This document shows, piece by piece, positions 47,742 through 57,982 of a stretch of 59,894 nt of DNA (position 1 is its first letter; each line of letters starts with the position of its first letter). Source of the DNA: Methanobacteriota archaeon (GTDB taxonomy: Archaea; Thermoplasmatota; Poseidoniia; Poseidoniales; Thalassarchaeaceae); the NCBI GenBank assembly GCA_011523185.1, contig WTHI01000122.1, positions 39,962-99,855 on the forward strand, read 5' to 3'. The notes beneath the pieces were generated by a model that saw only the letters and a list, made by a program, of their open reading frames with translations, was not told where the DNA came from and ran no database searches. Made by a program: the position numbers and the translations under genes.

Positions 47742-48719
47742 CTACTGTTGATTCTGTTTTAACCAAGAAACGGTATCGTCTATTGTTTCTTCTAATGGCC
47801 GAGCTTGATGTTCAAGATGTTCGTTAGCCAAAGTTCCTGGAATATTTCTACATTGAATTGCTAAAGCTTTCAAACTCCCTCTACTAAAACTAGGTCTTTT
47901 ACCTGATATGCGGGAACTTATCGAGGCGAAAGGCAATGCTAGATATGCCATCCAAAAAGGCACTGAAACAAGATGAGTGCGATTACCCGTTATTTGCTTA
48001 ATCAAAGTCGATAAATGGGGTATTGAGGCCCAATGACCAGGTAAAATGTAATTCTGTCCATCTACACCCATATCCACACAATTTACAGCACTCTTGGCCA
48101 CATCACGAACATCGACCCAATTGAATCCATTATTGATAGCGAACGGCATATTTCCATTTGCAATATCTCGCAAAACCTCTCCCATTCTACTGGGTTTGAA
48201 GTCGTATGGCCCAATGATTCCAGTTGGATGTATTACATTGACTTCCAACCCTTGGTCGCGGTATCCAAGAACTACCTTTTGCGCCTCGGCTTTTGTTCTA
48301 TCATATGGCAAGGCTTTGGGATCGGTTACAAGAGGTCTCGCCTCAACCAGAGGTTCAGAAGTCGGTTGTTGTTCGAATGCATGCACGCTGGAAAAATGTA
48401 CAATTTTTTTTACGCCAGATTCTACTGCAGCTGTTGCTATTGAGCGACTTCCCTCAACATTGATTTTATGCATCAAATCCTCTTGTATCTTCTCTACTGC
48501 AACAAATGCAGCAGAATGAAATACAACATCTGAATCTGTCATAAGTGGGGCTATCTCCTTTGGATTTAGCATATCCCCTTTTACAAAATTCACATCCAAA
48601 TTATCCAATGCTCTAGTGTCTGACCGTACTAAGCAATCGACTTCATATCCTCTTGCAAGCAACTCACGAACGAGGTTGCCACCAACGTGGCCGCTACCTC
48701 CTGTGACGAATGCTTTCAT
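47742..48719 (-). CDS. Extended SDR (3beta-hydroxysteroid dehydrogenase / HpnA / dihydroflavonol reductase-like)
   Basis: TGGSGHVG, FHSAA, SS, YDRTK, IIGPYD, WVDVRDVA. Confidence 0.85.
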   Translation of the reverse strand: MKAFVTGGSGHVGGNLVRELLARGYEVDCLVRSDTRALDNLDVNFVKGDMLNPKEIAPLMTDSDVVFHSAAFVAVEKIQEDLMHKINVEGSRSIATAAVESGVKKIVHFSSVHAFEQQPTSEPLVEARPLVTDPKALPYDRTKAEAQKVVLGYRDQGLEVNVIHPTGIIGPYDFKPSRMGEVLRDIANGNMPFAINNGFNWVDVRDVAKSAVNCVDMGVDGQNYILPGHWASIPHLSTLIKQITGNRTHLVSVPFWMAYLALPFASISSRISGKRPSFSRGSLKALAIQCRNIPGTLANEHLEHQARPLEETIDDTVSWLKQNQQ

Positions 48720-48757
48720 GATATTGACTAAGTCATCATAACGATGAAGTTACCGGC

Positions 48758-49723
48758 TTAATTCAATGAAGAATGTGGCCTTTTCCCTTCGAAATGGTCC
48801 AGCAGCAATGTGACCATTTCTTCACCTATTCTTGATTGTGCCTCAAGGGTTGAGGCACCGATGTGCGGTGTTCCATGAAAGTTAGCGTGACTAATTAGTG
48901 GGTTATCAATAGCCGGTTCAATTTCAAAAACATCTAGAGCAGCACTAGTCAAATGCCCTGATTCTAAAGCATCTAAAACGGCGGCCTCATCTACAATCCC
49001 ACCTCTTGCACAATTAACGATATGGTTGCCACAACCAACGCCGTTTGGTGCCGATGTAGGCATCATCTGAATTCTATCAGAATTCACAAGGTGATGTGTT
49101 TCATCAGTCAAATTACAATGAATGGATATATGGGTGCACAAACTGAAAAGTGAATCTACATCATCATGCATTGTACAATCAAATTGTCGTGCGATATTTG
49201 TTGGCAGATATGGGTCGTATGCGTGACATTCCATACCCATAGCGACGGCTACGGTAGCTACACCTTGTGCGATCCTACCAAATCCTACTAGACCTAACCT
49301 CTTCCCACTTAATTCAGTCCCTTTCAATTGTTTTTTCTCCCACAATCCTTCTCGTAGACCGCGGTCGCCTCTGGTGATATGCCTACATGAAGCTAATAGA
49401 TGGCCTATTGTTAACTCAACAACGCTATTTGTGGAAGATTGAGGTGTATTACAGACAACTATTCCGCAACTAGTGGCGGCCTTAATGTCGATGTTGTCTA
49501 CACCAACACCGGCTCTACCAATGAAAGACAATTGCCCAGAATTTGAGATTACTTGCGAAGTTAATTTAGTAGCGCTCCTAACAACTACGGCATCAAAATC
49601 AGATAGTGCACCATTTAGCAACTCATCTTCGTTGTAGTGACGTTCCACAACTTCGTATCCAGCATTCAGCAATTTGTTTACCGCAACGGGATCCATGCCA
49701 TCGGTAACTGCTATCCTACCCAC
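48758..49723 (-). CDS. serA: D-2-hydroxyacid dehydrogenase, D-3-phosphoglycerate dehydrogenase-like (no ACT domain); GTG start assumed
   Basis: RAGVGVDNID, GFGRIA, NCARGG, ALDVFEIEP, TPHIGAST. Confidence 0.82.
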   Translation of the reverse strand: MGRIAVTDGMDPVAVNKLLNAGYEVVERHYNEDELLNGALSDFDAVVVRSATKLTSQVISNSGQLSFIGRAGVGVDNIDIKAATSCGIVVCNTPQSSTNSVVELTIGHLLASCRHITRGDRGLREGLWEKKQLKGTELSGKRLGLVGFGRIAQGVATVAVAMGMECHAYDPYLPTNIARQFDCTMHDDVDSLFSLCTHISIHCNLTDETHHLVNSDRIQMMPTSAPNGVGCGNHIVNCARGGIVDEAAVLDALESGHLTSAALDVFEIEPAIDNPLISHANFHGTPHIGASTLEAQSRIGEEMVTLLLDHFEGKRPHSSLN

Positions 49724-49868
49724 AGTCGCATGGGGTTCTAACAAAGAAATGAACATTTGTCCATGTAAATTTGGAATTTATGTCGGATAATTGAATTAGT
49801 TTAGATTTCTAACAATATACCGCAAATAGACCGTTTATTTCTTGACGGTCGGTCTAGCCGTTTAGTCC

Positions 49869-50954
49869 ATGGCGGCTTCTTTGGAATCGCTAGTCACCGC
49901 CATTCTAATTCTACTAACTCCCGTATTCCTTGCGATTCCACTGTCATTAGGCTGGAAATGGTGGGTTGGGACTGAACCCGAACATGTGCACTACAGAGAA
50001 AAAGTCCGTTTAGTACTGGATGCAGGTCTACCGCTTAGTAGATTTAGGAAGGAATTAGACGCTGAGGCTAGGATAGTCAATATTGATCCAGAAAGACAAT
50101 CACGTATTGAATCGGATTTACTATTTCCGATGAAGGTCAAGCACTTCCTATTGATGCCAGGACTTGTAGTGTGGCCCTTTCTTGGATTATTTGCAGCCCT
50201 GTTAGCAATTCCATTAATGCCAATTTTATGGTTCTTCCAATGGCTATTAATCGAAAAAAGGGTATTGCTATGGATAGGAATAACTGTCCAAAAAATTACC
50301 AGATGGGAAATTATTGGTATACCGAGAGTGGAAGATGGTCTCAAGAATCCAGACCCTGTATTATCATCAATAAACCGCATGCCAATAACCGTATTTTTGG
50401 GTTTATTTGCATTTCTAATTGTTACCTATCTTCCTCTAGATACACAATCAGTGATGATTGTTTCAGGTGCAGTTTACATTATCTTAGTCGCATTCATTTC
50501 CGTAATTAGAGCCGGAACTTTGAGTACAATGGTATTTGCTGACACTGGAAATAGGAGACTTCTACCTATGGGTACATTTGTGGAAGATATGCTTGGTCCT
50601 TGGGTGGGAGTTGGACTGTTATTCTTAATTTCCCGACAACTTTTCTACGGGACAGAATTAAGATCGGGTGAAATGTTTGGAGATCCTGTAATTTTCTCAT
50701 TAGCGATATTGTTAGTCCTTTACACTGCAACAATGATTGGGGTTGCAGTAGAAATATCATTTTTCAGATCTAGGGCTGAGTCTGTTAGGGTAAAGTTTCA
50801 AAATCAAATGATTGATGAATTTGAACCACAATTATACTTATTCACCAGAAATCTTGGCATGCTCAAAATATCTAGATTGATGACCCTCAGACAATGGGTC
50901 GAACAAGGTGAAAAAATCAACCTTAATGACCTAGATAAACTCAAACGCTCTTGA
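49869..50954 (+). CDS. Multi-pass membrane protein, unknown function
   Basis: 361-aa ORF with 6-7 hydrophobic segments. Confidence 0.72.
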   Translation: MAASLESLVTAILILLTPVFLAIPLSLGWKWWVGTEPEHVHYREKVRLVLDAGLPLSRFRKELDAEARIVNIDPERQSRIESDLLFPMKVKHFLLMPGLVVWPFLGLFAALLAIPLMPILWFFQWLLIEKRVLLWIGITVQKITRWEIIGIPRVEDGLKNPDPVLSSINRMPITVFLGLFAFLIVTYLPLDTQSVMIVSGAVYIILVAFISVIRAGTLSTMVFADTGNRRLLPMGTFVEDMLGPWVGVGLLFLISRQLFYGTELRSGEMFGDPVIFSLAILLVLYTATMIGVAVEISFFRSRAESVRVKFQNQMIDEFEPQLYLFTRNLGMLKISRLMTLRQWVEQGEKINLNDLDKLKRS

Positions 50955-51846
50955 TTAAAATCTCATCTTCTGTAGATTTTAACATTATATCGGAGTGAAT
51001 ATCTATTTCTTTGCGATGAATCAATATGCTAATCCATTTGTCTGCTAATGGATTGGAACTAATGACTTCCATTTGGTGATTTTCTGTAGTCTTTACTTTA
51101 CCTAACGGCAGTTGAACATTAGAAGAGAAACTGGAAGCGGTCTTGTTGATAGCACCCCTGCTCTCCATTCTAGCATGAATCTCCTGGCCGGGGTAACATC
51201 CCTTTTTTAGATCAATACGACTTTCTAGGCCCAAATCAAATGGTATCTTCCCATCTATTTTTATCGCTAAATCAACAATACCTGCCATCGATGTAATTGC
51301 TATACCAGAATCGACTTAACCACTTATGGCTCCAATTGTTTCGAGTGCTTGGATGACTTCACCATAATTTTTAGTTGGGATTAGCAATTCATAGATTCTA
51401 AAATCTGGCCCATTATGGATTATTGAAATCATTGAATTGTCAAATTCCGTCCAATGTTCAGATGTCAATTCAGTACAACTTATTCCAAACTCTTCTAGCA
51501 GGTTTTCAGGATTTTTACCGAAAATAAGGATACGACGAATTGCTCCATCCCCACTTGAAATTTGTATCTCCTCATTCCATGGAATGCCACTTGTAAGGTT
51601 TGTTCGTAGATTTTCGGATATAGATTCATGATGCAACAACAATATTTGTTCACCTAAATCTGCATGTAATTGATGGCTTGTTATGCGACCATTCAAATCG
51701 CAAATCAGGGATTCTTTTCGAGTCAAATGGGAATCTTTTGAAATGTCCAATGTTAACATTCGATTTAGATGGTTTCTAGCATCTTTACCTGAAACTAAAG
51801 TAACGGAAGTAGGAATCTCTACTATCTGTGCTAATGGTGGTATCAT
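50941..51846 (-). pseudogene. ygfZ: YgfZ/GcvT-family folate-binding Fe-S protein interrupted by one in-frame TAA at 51316-51318
   Basis: N-part VSGKDARNHL and C-part KGCYPGQE are in the same frame, with nine sense codons between the stop and the next ATG. Confidence 0.75.
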
Positions 51847-51869
51847 CTTTCAGCCACCAATGAATAAAT

Positions 51870-52286
51870 TCAGCCGAATGATTGCCCACAGCCACATGCT
51901 CTATCCGCATTGGGATTATCCATGTGGAATCCCCCTCCCATTAAGGAGTCCTTGAAGTCGAGTTTTAGGCCGTTAAGTAACGAGCTATCGTTATCGTGTA
52001 TGAGGATCGTTACTCCATCAACATCTATTTCTTGAAATCCTTCTTCATTAGGGCGTTCTACAATGACCATGTCATAGAGATACCCTGAACACCCTCCAGC
52101 CTTCGCACTAATGATTAGCACGTGACTGTCTACTTGCGGACCAATTGCCGATTTAACCGCAGTTCTTGCTGCATCTGTAACTTCAATTTTGACGTCTACC
52201 CTTTCACTTACCGTAGCTATAGGCAGTGAGAAGCCACCCCCGTCAATTAACGACACATAGCCTACCTCTAGAGGCCCATATATCAA
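51870..52286 (-). CDS. iscA: HesB/IscA family Fe-S cluster assembly protein (start uncertain)
   Basis: GGCSG and NPNA...CGCGQSF. Confidence 0.92.
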   Translation of the reverse strand: MIYGPLEVGYVSLIDGGGFSLPIATVSERVDVKIEVTDAARTAVKSAIGPQVDSHVLIISAKAGGCSGYLYDMVIVERPNEEGFQEIDVDGVTILIHDNDSSLLNGLKLDFKDSLMGGGFHMDNPNADRACGCGQSFG

Positions 52287-52347
52287 CCATTCCTGTGTTT
52301 AACTCCGCTTCCGTCAATCCAATAGAATAGGTCGTGTTAGGGGACAC

Positions 52348-53145
52348 GTGAGCGGGGCGAGGGGATCTGATGCAGTGCGCATCTCTAACCAGGGGTCCGA
52401 ACACGTAATGGATAACTTAGCTATTGAGGCACCGCTTTACATTGAAATTCTCCAGAAAGATCAGAAGTATTCGATGGGTATTACCATGAGGACTCCCGGT
52501 GAAGATCTAGATTTGGTAGTAGGTTTTCTCTACTCTGAGGGCATAATCGAAGAATATGAATCAATTGAAGATATAATGGAATTAGATAACACCGTCTCTA
52601 TACGCATAAGCGAAGATGTTGTAATTGACTTAGAATCTCATCGACGCCAAACCGTAACTACTTCTGCATGTGGGGTTTGTGGAAAGACTTCATTGACAAA
52701 TTTACATCAAATTCACAATGCTACACTCAACAAATCATTTCAAATTGAATCAAATCTTTTATCTCAAAACCTTGAATTGTTAAATTCAAAACAACCATTA
52801 TTTGAATTGACAGGTGGAACTCACGCGGCAGTAGCATTTGACCGAAAAGGGGCTGTGATTGCCGCTAGGGAAGACGTTGGTAGACACAATGCACTTGACA
52901 AATTAATCGGGCATATGATACGTAATGGAGGGCTAAATAATACGGAATCAATTTTACAAGTATCCGGTCGTTCTTCATTTGAATTGGTACAGAAAACTAT
53001 TCGCGCTGGTTTCCCAATTATGGCATCAGTCGGTGCCGCCAGTTCACTCGCGGTTGAATTGGCAAGAGAGTATAATTTGACTCTTGTTTGTTTCCTGAAA
53101 CCGGATTCTATGGTGATTCACTCAGCTCCTAATCGAATCATATAG
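52348..53145 (+). CDS. fdhD: Formate dehydrogenase accessory sulfurtransferase
   Basis: MRTPG, GFLYSEG, SACGVCG, TGGTHA, REDVGRHNALDKLIG. Confidence 0.95.
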   Translation: MSGARGSDAVRISNQGSEHVMDNLAIEAPLYIEILQKDQKYSMGITMRTPGEDLDLVVGFLYSEGIIEEYESIEDIMELDNTVSIRISEDVVIDLESHRRQTVTTSACGVCGKTSLTNLHQIHNATLNKSFQIESNLLSQNLELLNSKQPLFELTGGTHAAVAFDRKGAVIAAREDVGRHNALDKLIGHMIRNGGLNNTESILQVSGRSSFELVQKTIRAGFPIMASVGAASSLAVELAREYNLTLVCFLKPDSMVIHSAPNRII

Positions 53146-53192
53146 AGTAGAACAAATTAGTTGGAAATTAACAACAAAATGAAGAAGACACG

Positions 53193-55493
53193 TTGATTGG
53201 CTTAGACGTGAGCAGGGAGACAATCGCCACTCCTCCCCTAGAGGATAAACCTCCAGTGACTGGAAACACATCTTCCTCTGCTGCAGGAGCTACTGCAATT
53301 ATCTCAACAATTAAGCATGGCATATCTCGTTCTGGGATATCCAAATCAATTAGTTCATTTTCCAAAGTTAACAAATTTGGCGGATTCGATTGCCCAGGCT
53401 GCGCTTGGCCGGACCCGGATGACCATAGGACAATTGCAGAGTTTTGTGAGAACGGAGCCAAGGCTGTAGCAGACGAAGCAACGAAGAAGAAAATCACTGC
53501 GGATTTCTTTACAAAACATTCAGTACCCGAACTTACTCTAAAATCAGATGAGTGGCTAAATGCCCAAGGTCGCTTGACATCCCCTATGATGTTGGATGAA
53601 GATTCTGAGAATTATACCACAATATCTTGGCACAATGCTTTCGATCTAATTGCACATGAGTTGTCCCAGTTACAAAATCCCAATGAGGCGATTTTCTATA
53701 CCTCAGGTCGTACCAGTAACGAGGCCGCCTTCCTTTGGCAATTATTGGCCCGTGCATTTGGAACAAACAATCTACCTGATTGTTCGAATATGTGTCACGA
53801 ATCTTCTGGCTTCGCATTATCAGATTCTATAGGCATTGGTAAGGGGACAGTAAAATTAGAAGATTTCAATTCTGCAGACTTAATATTGGTAGTCGGACAA
53901 AACCCTGGCACAAATCATCCTAGGATGCTAACCGCATTAAGGGATGCAAAGAAAAACGGCGCATCGGTCATTTCGATAAATCCCCTCATAGAGACTGGTA
54001 TGAAGAAGTTCAAACATCCACAAAATCCCCTCGAGATGCTCGGCTCCGGCAAATCAATTTCAGACCGGCATGTTAGGATAAATATCAATGGCGACTTGGC
54101 ATTTTTCCGTGGCCTAAATCATGTACTGATAAAGAAAGGTTATTTTGACCAAGAATTCATTTCCACCTATACTTCAGGTTTTGAGAATTACCAAACTTCT
54201 GTTCAATCGGTTGATTGGATTGAAATAGAATCAGTTAGTGGAATATCTCGTAAAGAAATCGAAAATATTGCTGAAATTGTTGGCAAATCAAAATCACTGA
54301 TAACCTGCTGGGCGATGGGTATTACCCAACACCATAATTCCGTAGAAACCATTCAGGAGATGGTCAACACCCACTTACTAGGTGGTCATATTGGCAGGGA
54401 AGGAGCAGGGGTCTGTCCAGTTAGAGGTCACTCCAATGTACAAGGAGATAGAACGGTTGGGATCAACCATATAGCTAGTCCTAAACTGCGACAAAACATA
54501 CTCGATAGTACTGGCATAAGAACTCCAGACAACCATGGTTATGATGCAGTCAACGCCGCTCGTGCAATGATCGAGGGTAAGGGTAAGGTATTCCTAGCCA
54601 TGGGTGGAAATTACCTCTCTGCTATGTCTGACACCAATTTAATCGCAGAGGCAATGAATAATTGTGAACTTACTGTTTTTGTCTCCACTAAATTGAATCG
54701 CAACCATCTAGTTACAGGTAAGAAATCTCTGATACTCCCTTGCCTAGGTAGAACAGAAATCGACAACCAATCCCATGGAAATCAATTCGTGACAGTTGAA
54801 AATTCAATGGGGATAGTGCATCGTTCTGAAGGTCACATGAAACCCTCCTCCTCTGATTTGATGTCTGAACCAGCAATAGTTGCGGGAATAGCATCTGCAT
54901 TGGAATCAAAAATAGGAATGAGTGATTTAGGTTGGAATTACTTGGTTGAAGATTACGACCGAATTCGTGACTTAATCGAACAAACTATCCCGGGTTTCAC
55001 AGATTACAACTCTAGGGTTAGAGAGAAATCAGGATTCTATCTTCCTAACTCACCTAGGGATAGCTTGACCTTCGATACAGATACTAAGAAAGCAAACTTC
55101 AGACTCCATGAAATAACTAGTATGAAGCCTAATATTAGTGAATTTGTAATGATGACAATAAGGTCTCATGACCAATACAACACTACCGTATACTCAGGGC
55201 AAGATAGATACCGAGGAATCAAATCAGGAAGAAGAATCGTTATGATCAACCCACAAGATGCTAAAGAGAATAATCTTCAAGCCGGTGAACTAGTGGATTT
55301 GATATCTGTGTTCGAAGGCGAAAAACGCCAATCATCGAAATGGTATCTGGTAGAATATGACATACCTAGGGGTAATATCGCTACATATTTCCCTGAGGCA
55401 AATGAATTAATTCCGCTGAATTCAACCGCAAACGTAAGCAATACCCCTACTAGTAAATCGGTCATTGTTAGGATCGAAAAGTCTCAAGATTGA
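53193..55493 (+). CDS. FdhF/YdeP family molybdopterin oxidoreductase
   Basis: GFDCPGCAWPD, EFCENGAKA, YTSGRTSNE, NNLPDCSNMCHE, RGHSNVQG, RSHDQYNTT. Confidence 0.94.
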   Translation: MIGLDVSRETIATPPLEDKPPVTGNTSSSAAGATAIISTIKHGISRSGISKSISSFSKVNKFGGFDCPGCAWPDPDDHRTIAEFCENGAKAVADEATKKKITADFFTKHSVPELTLKSDEWLNAQGRLTSPMMLDEDSENYTTISWHNAFDLIAHELSQLQNPNEAIFYTSGRTSNEAAFLWQLLARAFGTNNLPDCSNMCHESSGFALSDSIGIGKGTVKLEDFNSADLILVVGQNPGTNHPRMLTALRDAKKNGASVISINPLIETGMKKFKHPQNPLEMLGSGKSISDRHVRININGDLAFFRGLNHVLIKKGYFDQEFISTYTSGFENYQTSVQSVDWIEIESVSGISRKEIENIAEIVGKSKSLITCWAMGITQHHNSVETIQEMVNTHLLGGHIGREGAGVCPVRGHSNVQGDRTVGINHIASPKLRQNILDSTGIRTPDNHGYDAVNAARAMIEGKGKVFLAMGGNYLSAMSDTNLIAEAMNNCELTVFVSTKLNRNHLVTGKKSLILPCLGRTEIDNQSHGNQFVTVENSMGIVHRSEGHMKPSSSDLMSEPAIVAGIASALESKIGMSDLGWNYLVEDYDRIRDLIEQTIPGFTDYNSRVREKSGFYLPNSPRDSLTFDTDTKKANFRLHEITSMKPNISEFVMMTIRSHDQYNTTVYSGQDRYRGIKSGRRIVMINPQDAKENNLQAGELVDLISVFEGEKRQSSKWYLVEYDIPRGNIATYFPEANELIPLNSTANVSNTPTSKSVIVRIEKSQD

Positions 55494-56983
55494 AGCTTCG
55501 CAGATTTGTTCTGTTCTTTCAAAAGTAATGAACACCTATTCATTTGGGTTTGAATTAGTTGGGATTCTTCACTGTCCAATTCTCTATTCAAGGCCTGTTG
55601 AAAACATTTGATTGCGTCCGCAAAATGTTCCATCGCAGCGTAAGATGAACCCATATTGTAAAGCGTTCTTCCAGTGACCATTGTTGGGTCCATTGAAATT
55701 GCTTGATGGTATGATTGAATACTTTCTGAAAACTTACCCAATTGGTGTAGGGCGTGCCCTCGGCCATTGTAACTGCGCACGCGTAATTCCCGCTCATCTC
55801 GAGGAGTAGATGAAATTGCTTTATCAAAACAATTCAGTGCTTGGTCGCCCTTGTCCTCTCCTAACAGAGTTAGACCTTTGTTGTACCATTCTATGGCTAC
55901 ATTTACACTCTCTTCATCTATTGGTGTATTTTGTGCAACAGACATTTTTGCATCTTCAGCGGCGGCTACAAGATCAACATCAATTTCTGCTGCAGGCGTT
56001 GTGCTGTTTTTGTTCTTCAATTCCTCAGCCTTTTGTTTGCATTGATTGGCCTTTTCAAAGTGGCCAGCTGCCTCCAAAGCATCGGACATCCCTGACCATG
56101 AGTCATACGTTGAACCATAGTCTTGGATGATCTTTTTCCAGGTTTGTATAGCAAGGGCATGATTACCTTCTTCGGAGTGATTCTTTGCCTTCTGCTGAAG
56201 TACTACCAATGTATCTTCTAGTGAAATTTCTAGGGTATCTTCTTCCTCATCTGGAACAAATTCTGCATATGTGACTTCTTCTGTGGCAACTGGAGTAAAT
56301 TCGACAATTTCTTGTTCGGGCTCAGATAATTTTGTTTCTATCTCGGTTACTAAATCTTCAGCTAGGGTTAATTCTGGGTCTAACTGTAACGAGTAATTTA
56401 ATGATTGAATCGCGTCTTCACTTAGGTCTAGGTTATGAAGACATAATCCGCAATAGTACCAAATCATGGCGTCGGTAGAATAGTCGCCTTCTAACGCAGG
56501 CGAAATCAACTCCATAGCTGATTGAAATTCGGACTCTTCAATCAAGTGTGAAATCTCTTCAGTTAAATTGTCTGAATCAGTATCAACTGGTACAGCCTCC
56601 GCTAGAATCACAGGTGGCTCCTGTTCTGTTTCTTCTTTCTCTTCAATTACTATTGATGCCAAAGCCTGTAATTCATCATTTGACAATCCTTGTTCAATGG
56701 CGACCTTGGCATATTTTCCGGCTTTCTCCGTATCACGTTGTGAGAATAAGAAAGCTAAATTGGCAGCGGTAGGAGCGTGAAATCTGTTGATTAGAAACCC
56801 TCTTTCAAAGGCTACGATTGCCCCCTCAATATCGCCAACTGCATGATTAACTACGCCCAATCCGTACCAAGCGGCGGAATTATCGGATTCTGAACCGATG
56901 ATTTGCTCATATTCCGACTTCGCCGAAGTATAGTCCCCACTCGTGACAAACTGGTGGGCCCGCTCGAAAGCATCCATCGACAC
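55484..56983 (-). CDS. Tetratricopeptide repeat protein
   Basis: Several TPR units (AWYGLG, WYNKG, YNMG) separated by acidic linkers. Confidence 0.88.
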   Translation of the reverse strand: MSMDAFERAHQFVTSGDYTSAKSEYEQIIGSESDNSAAWYGLGVVNHAVGDIEGAIVAFERGFLINRFHAPTAANLAFLFSQRDTEKAGKYAKVAIEQGLSNDELQALASIVIEEKEETEQEPPVILAEAVPVDTDSDNLTEEISHLIEESEFQSAMELISPALEGDYSTDAMIWYYCGLCLHNLDLSEDAIQSLNYSLQLDPELTLAEDLVTEIETKLSEPEQEIVEFTPVATEEVTYAEFVPDEEEDTLEISLEDTLVVLQQKAKNHSEEGNHALAIQTWKKIIQDYGSTYDSWSGMSDALEAAGHFEKANQCKQKAEELKNKNSTTPAAEIDVDLVAAAEDAKMSVAQNTPIDEESVNVAIEWYNKGLTLLGEDKGDQALNCFDKAISSTPRDERELRVRSYNGRGHALHQLGKFSESIQSYHQAISMDPTMVTGRTLYNMGSSYAAMEHFADAIKCFQQALNRELDSEESQLIQTQMNRCSLLLKEQNKSAKLQS

Positions 56984-57045
56984 AACTCAATCGCGATATG
57001 AACAGGGGATAAGATTTCTGAACCTCTGAGTGGAAAATAATCACC

Positions 57046-57843
57046 CTATTCGTTTGGTGCAGGATCTTCTAGTCGATTTTCTTCATCTAGTCTGGCTTTT
57101 GCTATACCTGCGAAATATACCATCATTGGTACTGCAATCAACAAGAAAAAGCAGCCAACTAAAGTAGCAATGCCATATAGTGTCTCTTGGACGGGGTCAA
57201 TTTGAAATTCCGAAATTGATACCAATTCATGTTCTGTCAATGAAAAACTGAGTTCTATACCTTCTGGCGATACTAATTCGCCATCAACATAAATCGAAAT
57301 TAACCAAGTTGTCGTTACCTTTTCTTGAGATAGTAAATTCAAGGCCTCTGTTTCGGCCAATTCTGCATCATCAGCTCGTACGTAGCCTACACCGTTTATT
57401 GGCAACTCTAGAGATGCCCTTCCCCTCATAACGACCTCTTCTGTATCTATCATCATACTATGTTCATAGGCTTCTTCACAAGAATCTGAAATTTCATCAA
57501 ATTCCTTACAATTGAACGCTGAATCTCCATCTTCTCCTAATAGAGGCGAATGAAACCACGTAGAACTTGTAGAGGTGATGACTAACTCTGCATCATTTGG
57601 GGCATTAACGACGGTAAGATTGACCCATGTAGGAGAAGAAGACGTTGAAACATACCAGGAGGATTCGTTCTCACTTTCTAGTTCAAGTGCATACTCCACA
57701 CTCTCATTAGTGGTTTCGTATCGGTAATATTCACTATCTACGGTGGCAGAAAATACAGCATAAGATAGTACCAAAATCAATACCAAACCTAGACCTATCA
57801 TAGTCCGAAGCATGTTCGGGTTCCTCGATAGCGACTTCCTCAT
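57046..57843 (-). CDS. Membrane protein with acidic extracellular domain
   Basis: N- and C-terminal TMs, 265 aa. Confidence 0.72.
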   Translation of the reverse strand: MRKSLSRNPNMLRTMIGLGLVLILVLSYAVFSATVDSEYYRYETTNESVEYALELESENESSWYVSTSSSPTWVNLTVVNAPNDAELVITSTSSTWFHSPLLGEDGDSAFNCKEFDEISDSCEEAYEHSMMIDTEEVVMRGRASLELPINGVGYVRADDAELAETEALNLLSQEKVTTTWLISIYVDGELVSPEGIELSFSLTEHELVSISEFQIDPVQETLYGIATLVGCFFLLIAVPMMVYFAGIAKARLDEENRLEDPAPNE

Positions 57844-57982
57844 TACTAATCCGAACCGTTGGGGTGGTTTGAACCATTGTGTGGGGTCCGTAAGAATGCA
57901 GTACCAAGCCGCTATAGGTTTCAGTCAAGTCATCACCGTTATATACGGCCTCAAGGTCGGCCGGGCGCTACAAGGTGAGTGT

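Noticed and set aside
51316..51318. Selenocysteine or pyrrolysine recoding in ygfZ
   Set aside because: The stop is TAA, not TGA or TAG, and TAA terminates many other genes in this window.
57812..57982. 57-aa N-terminal extension of S19e in the ORF track
   Set aside because: The TATA box near 57939 and the GGTGA SD support ATG 57983, and the extension overlaps the divergent gene.
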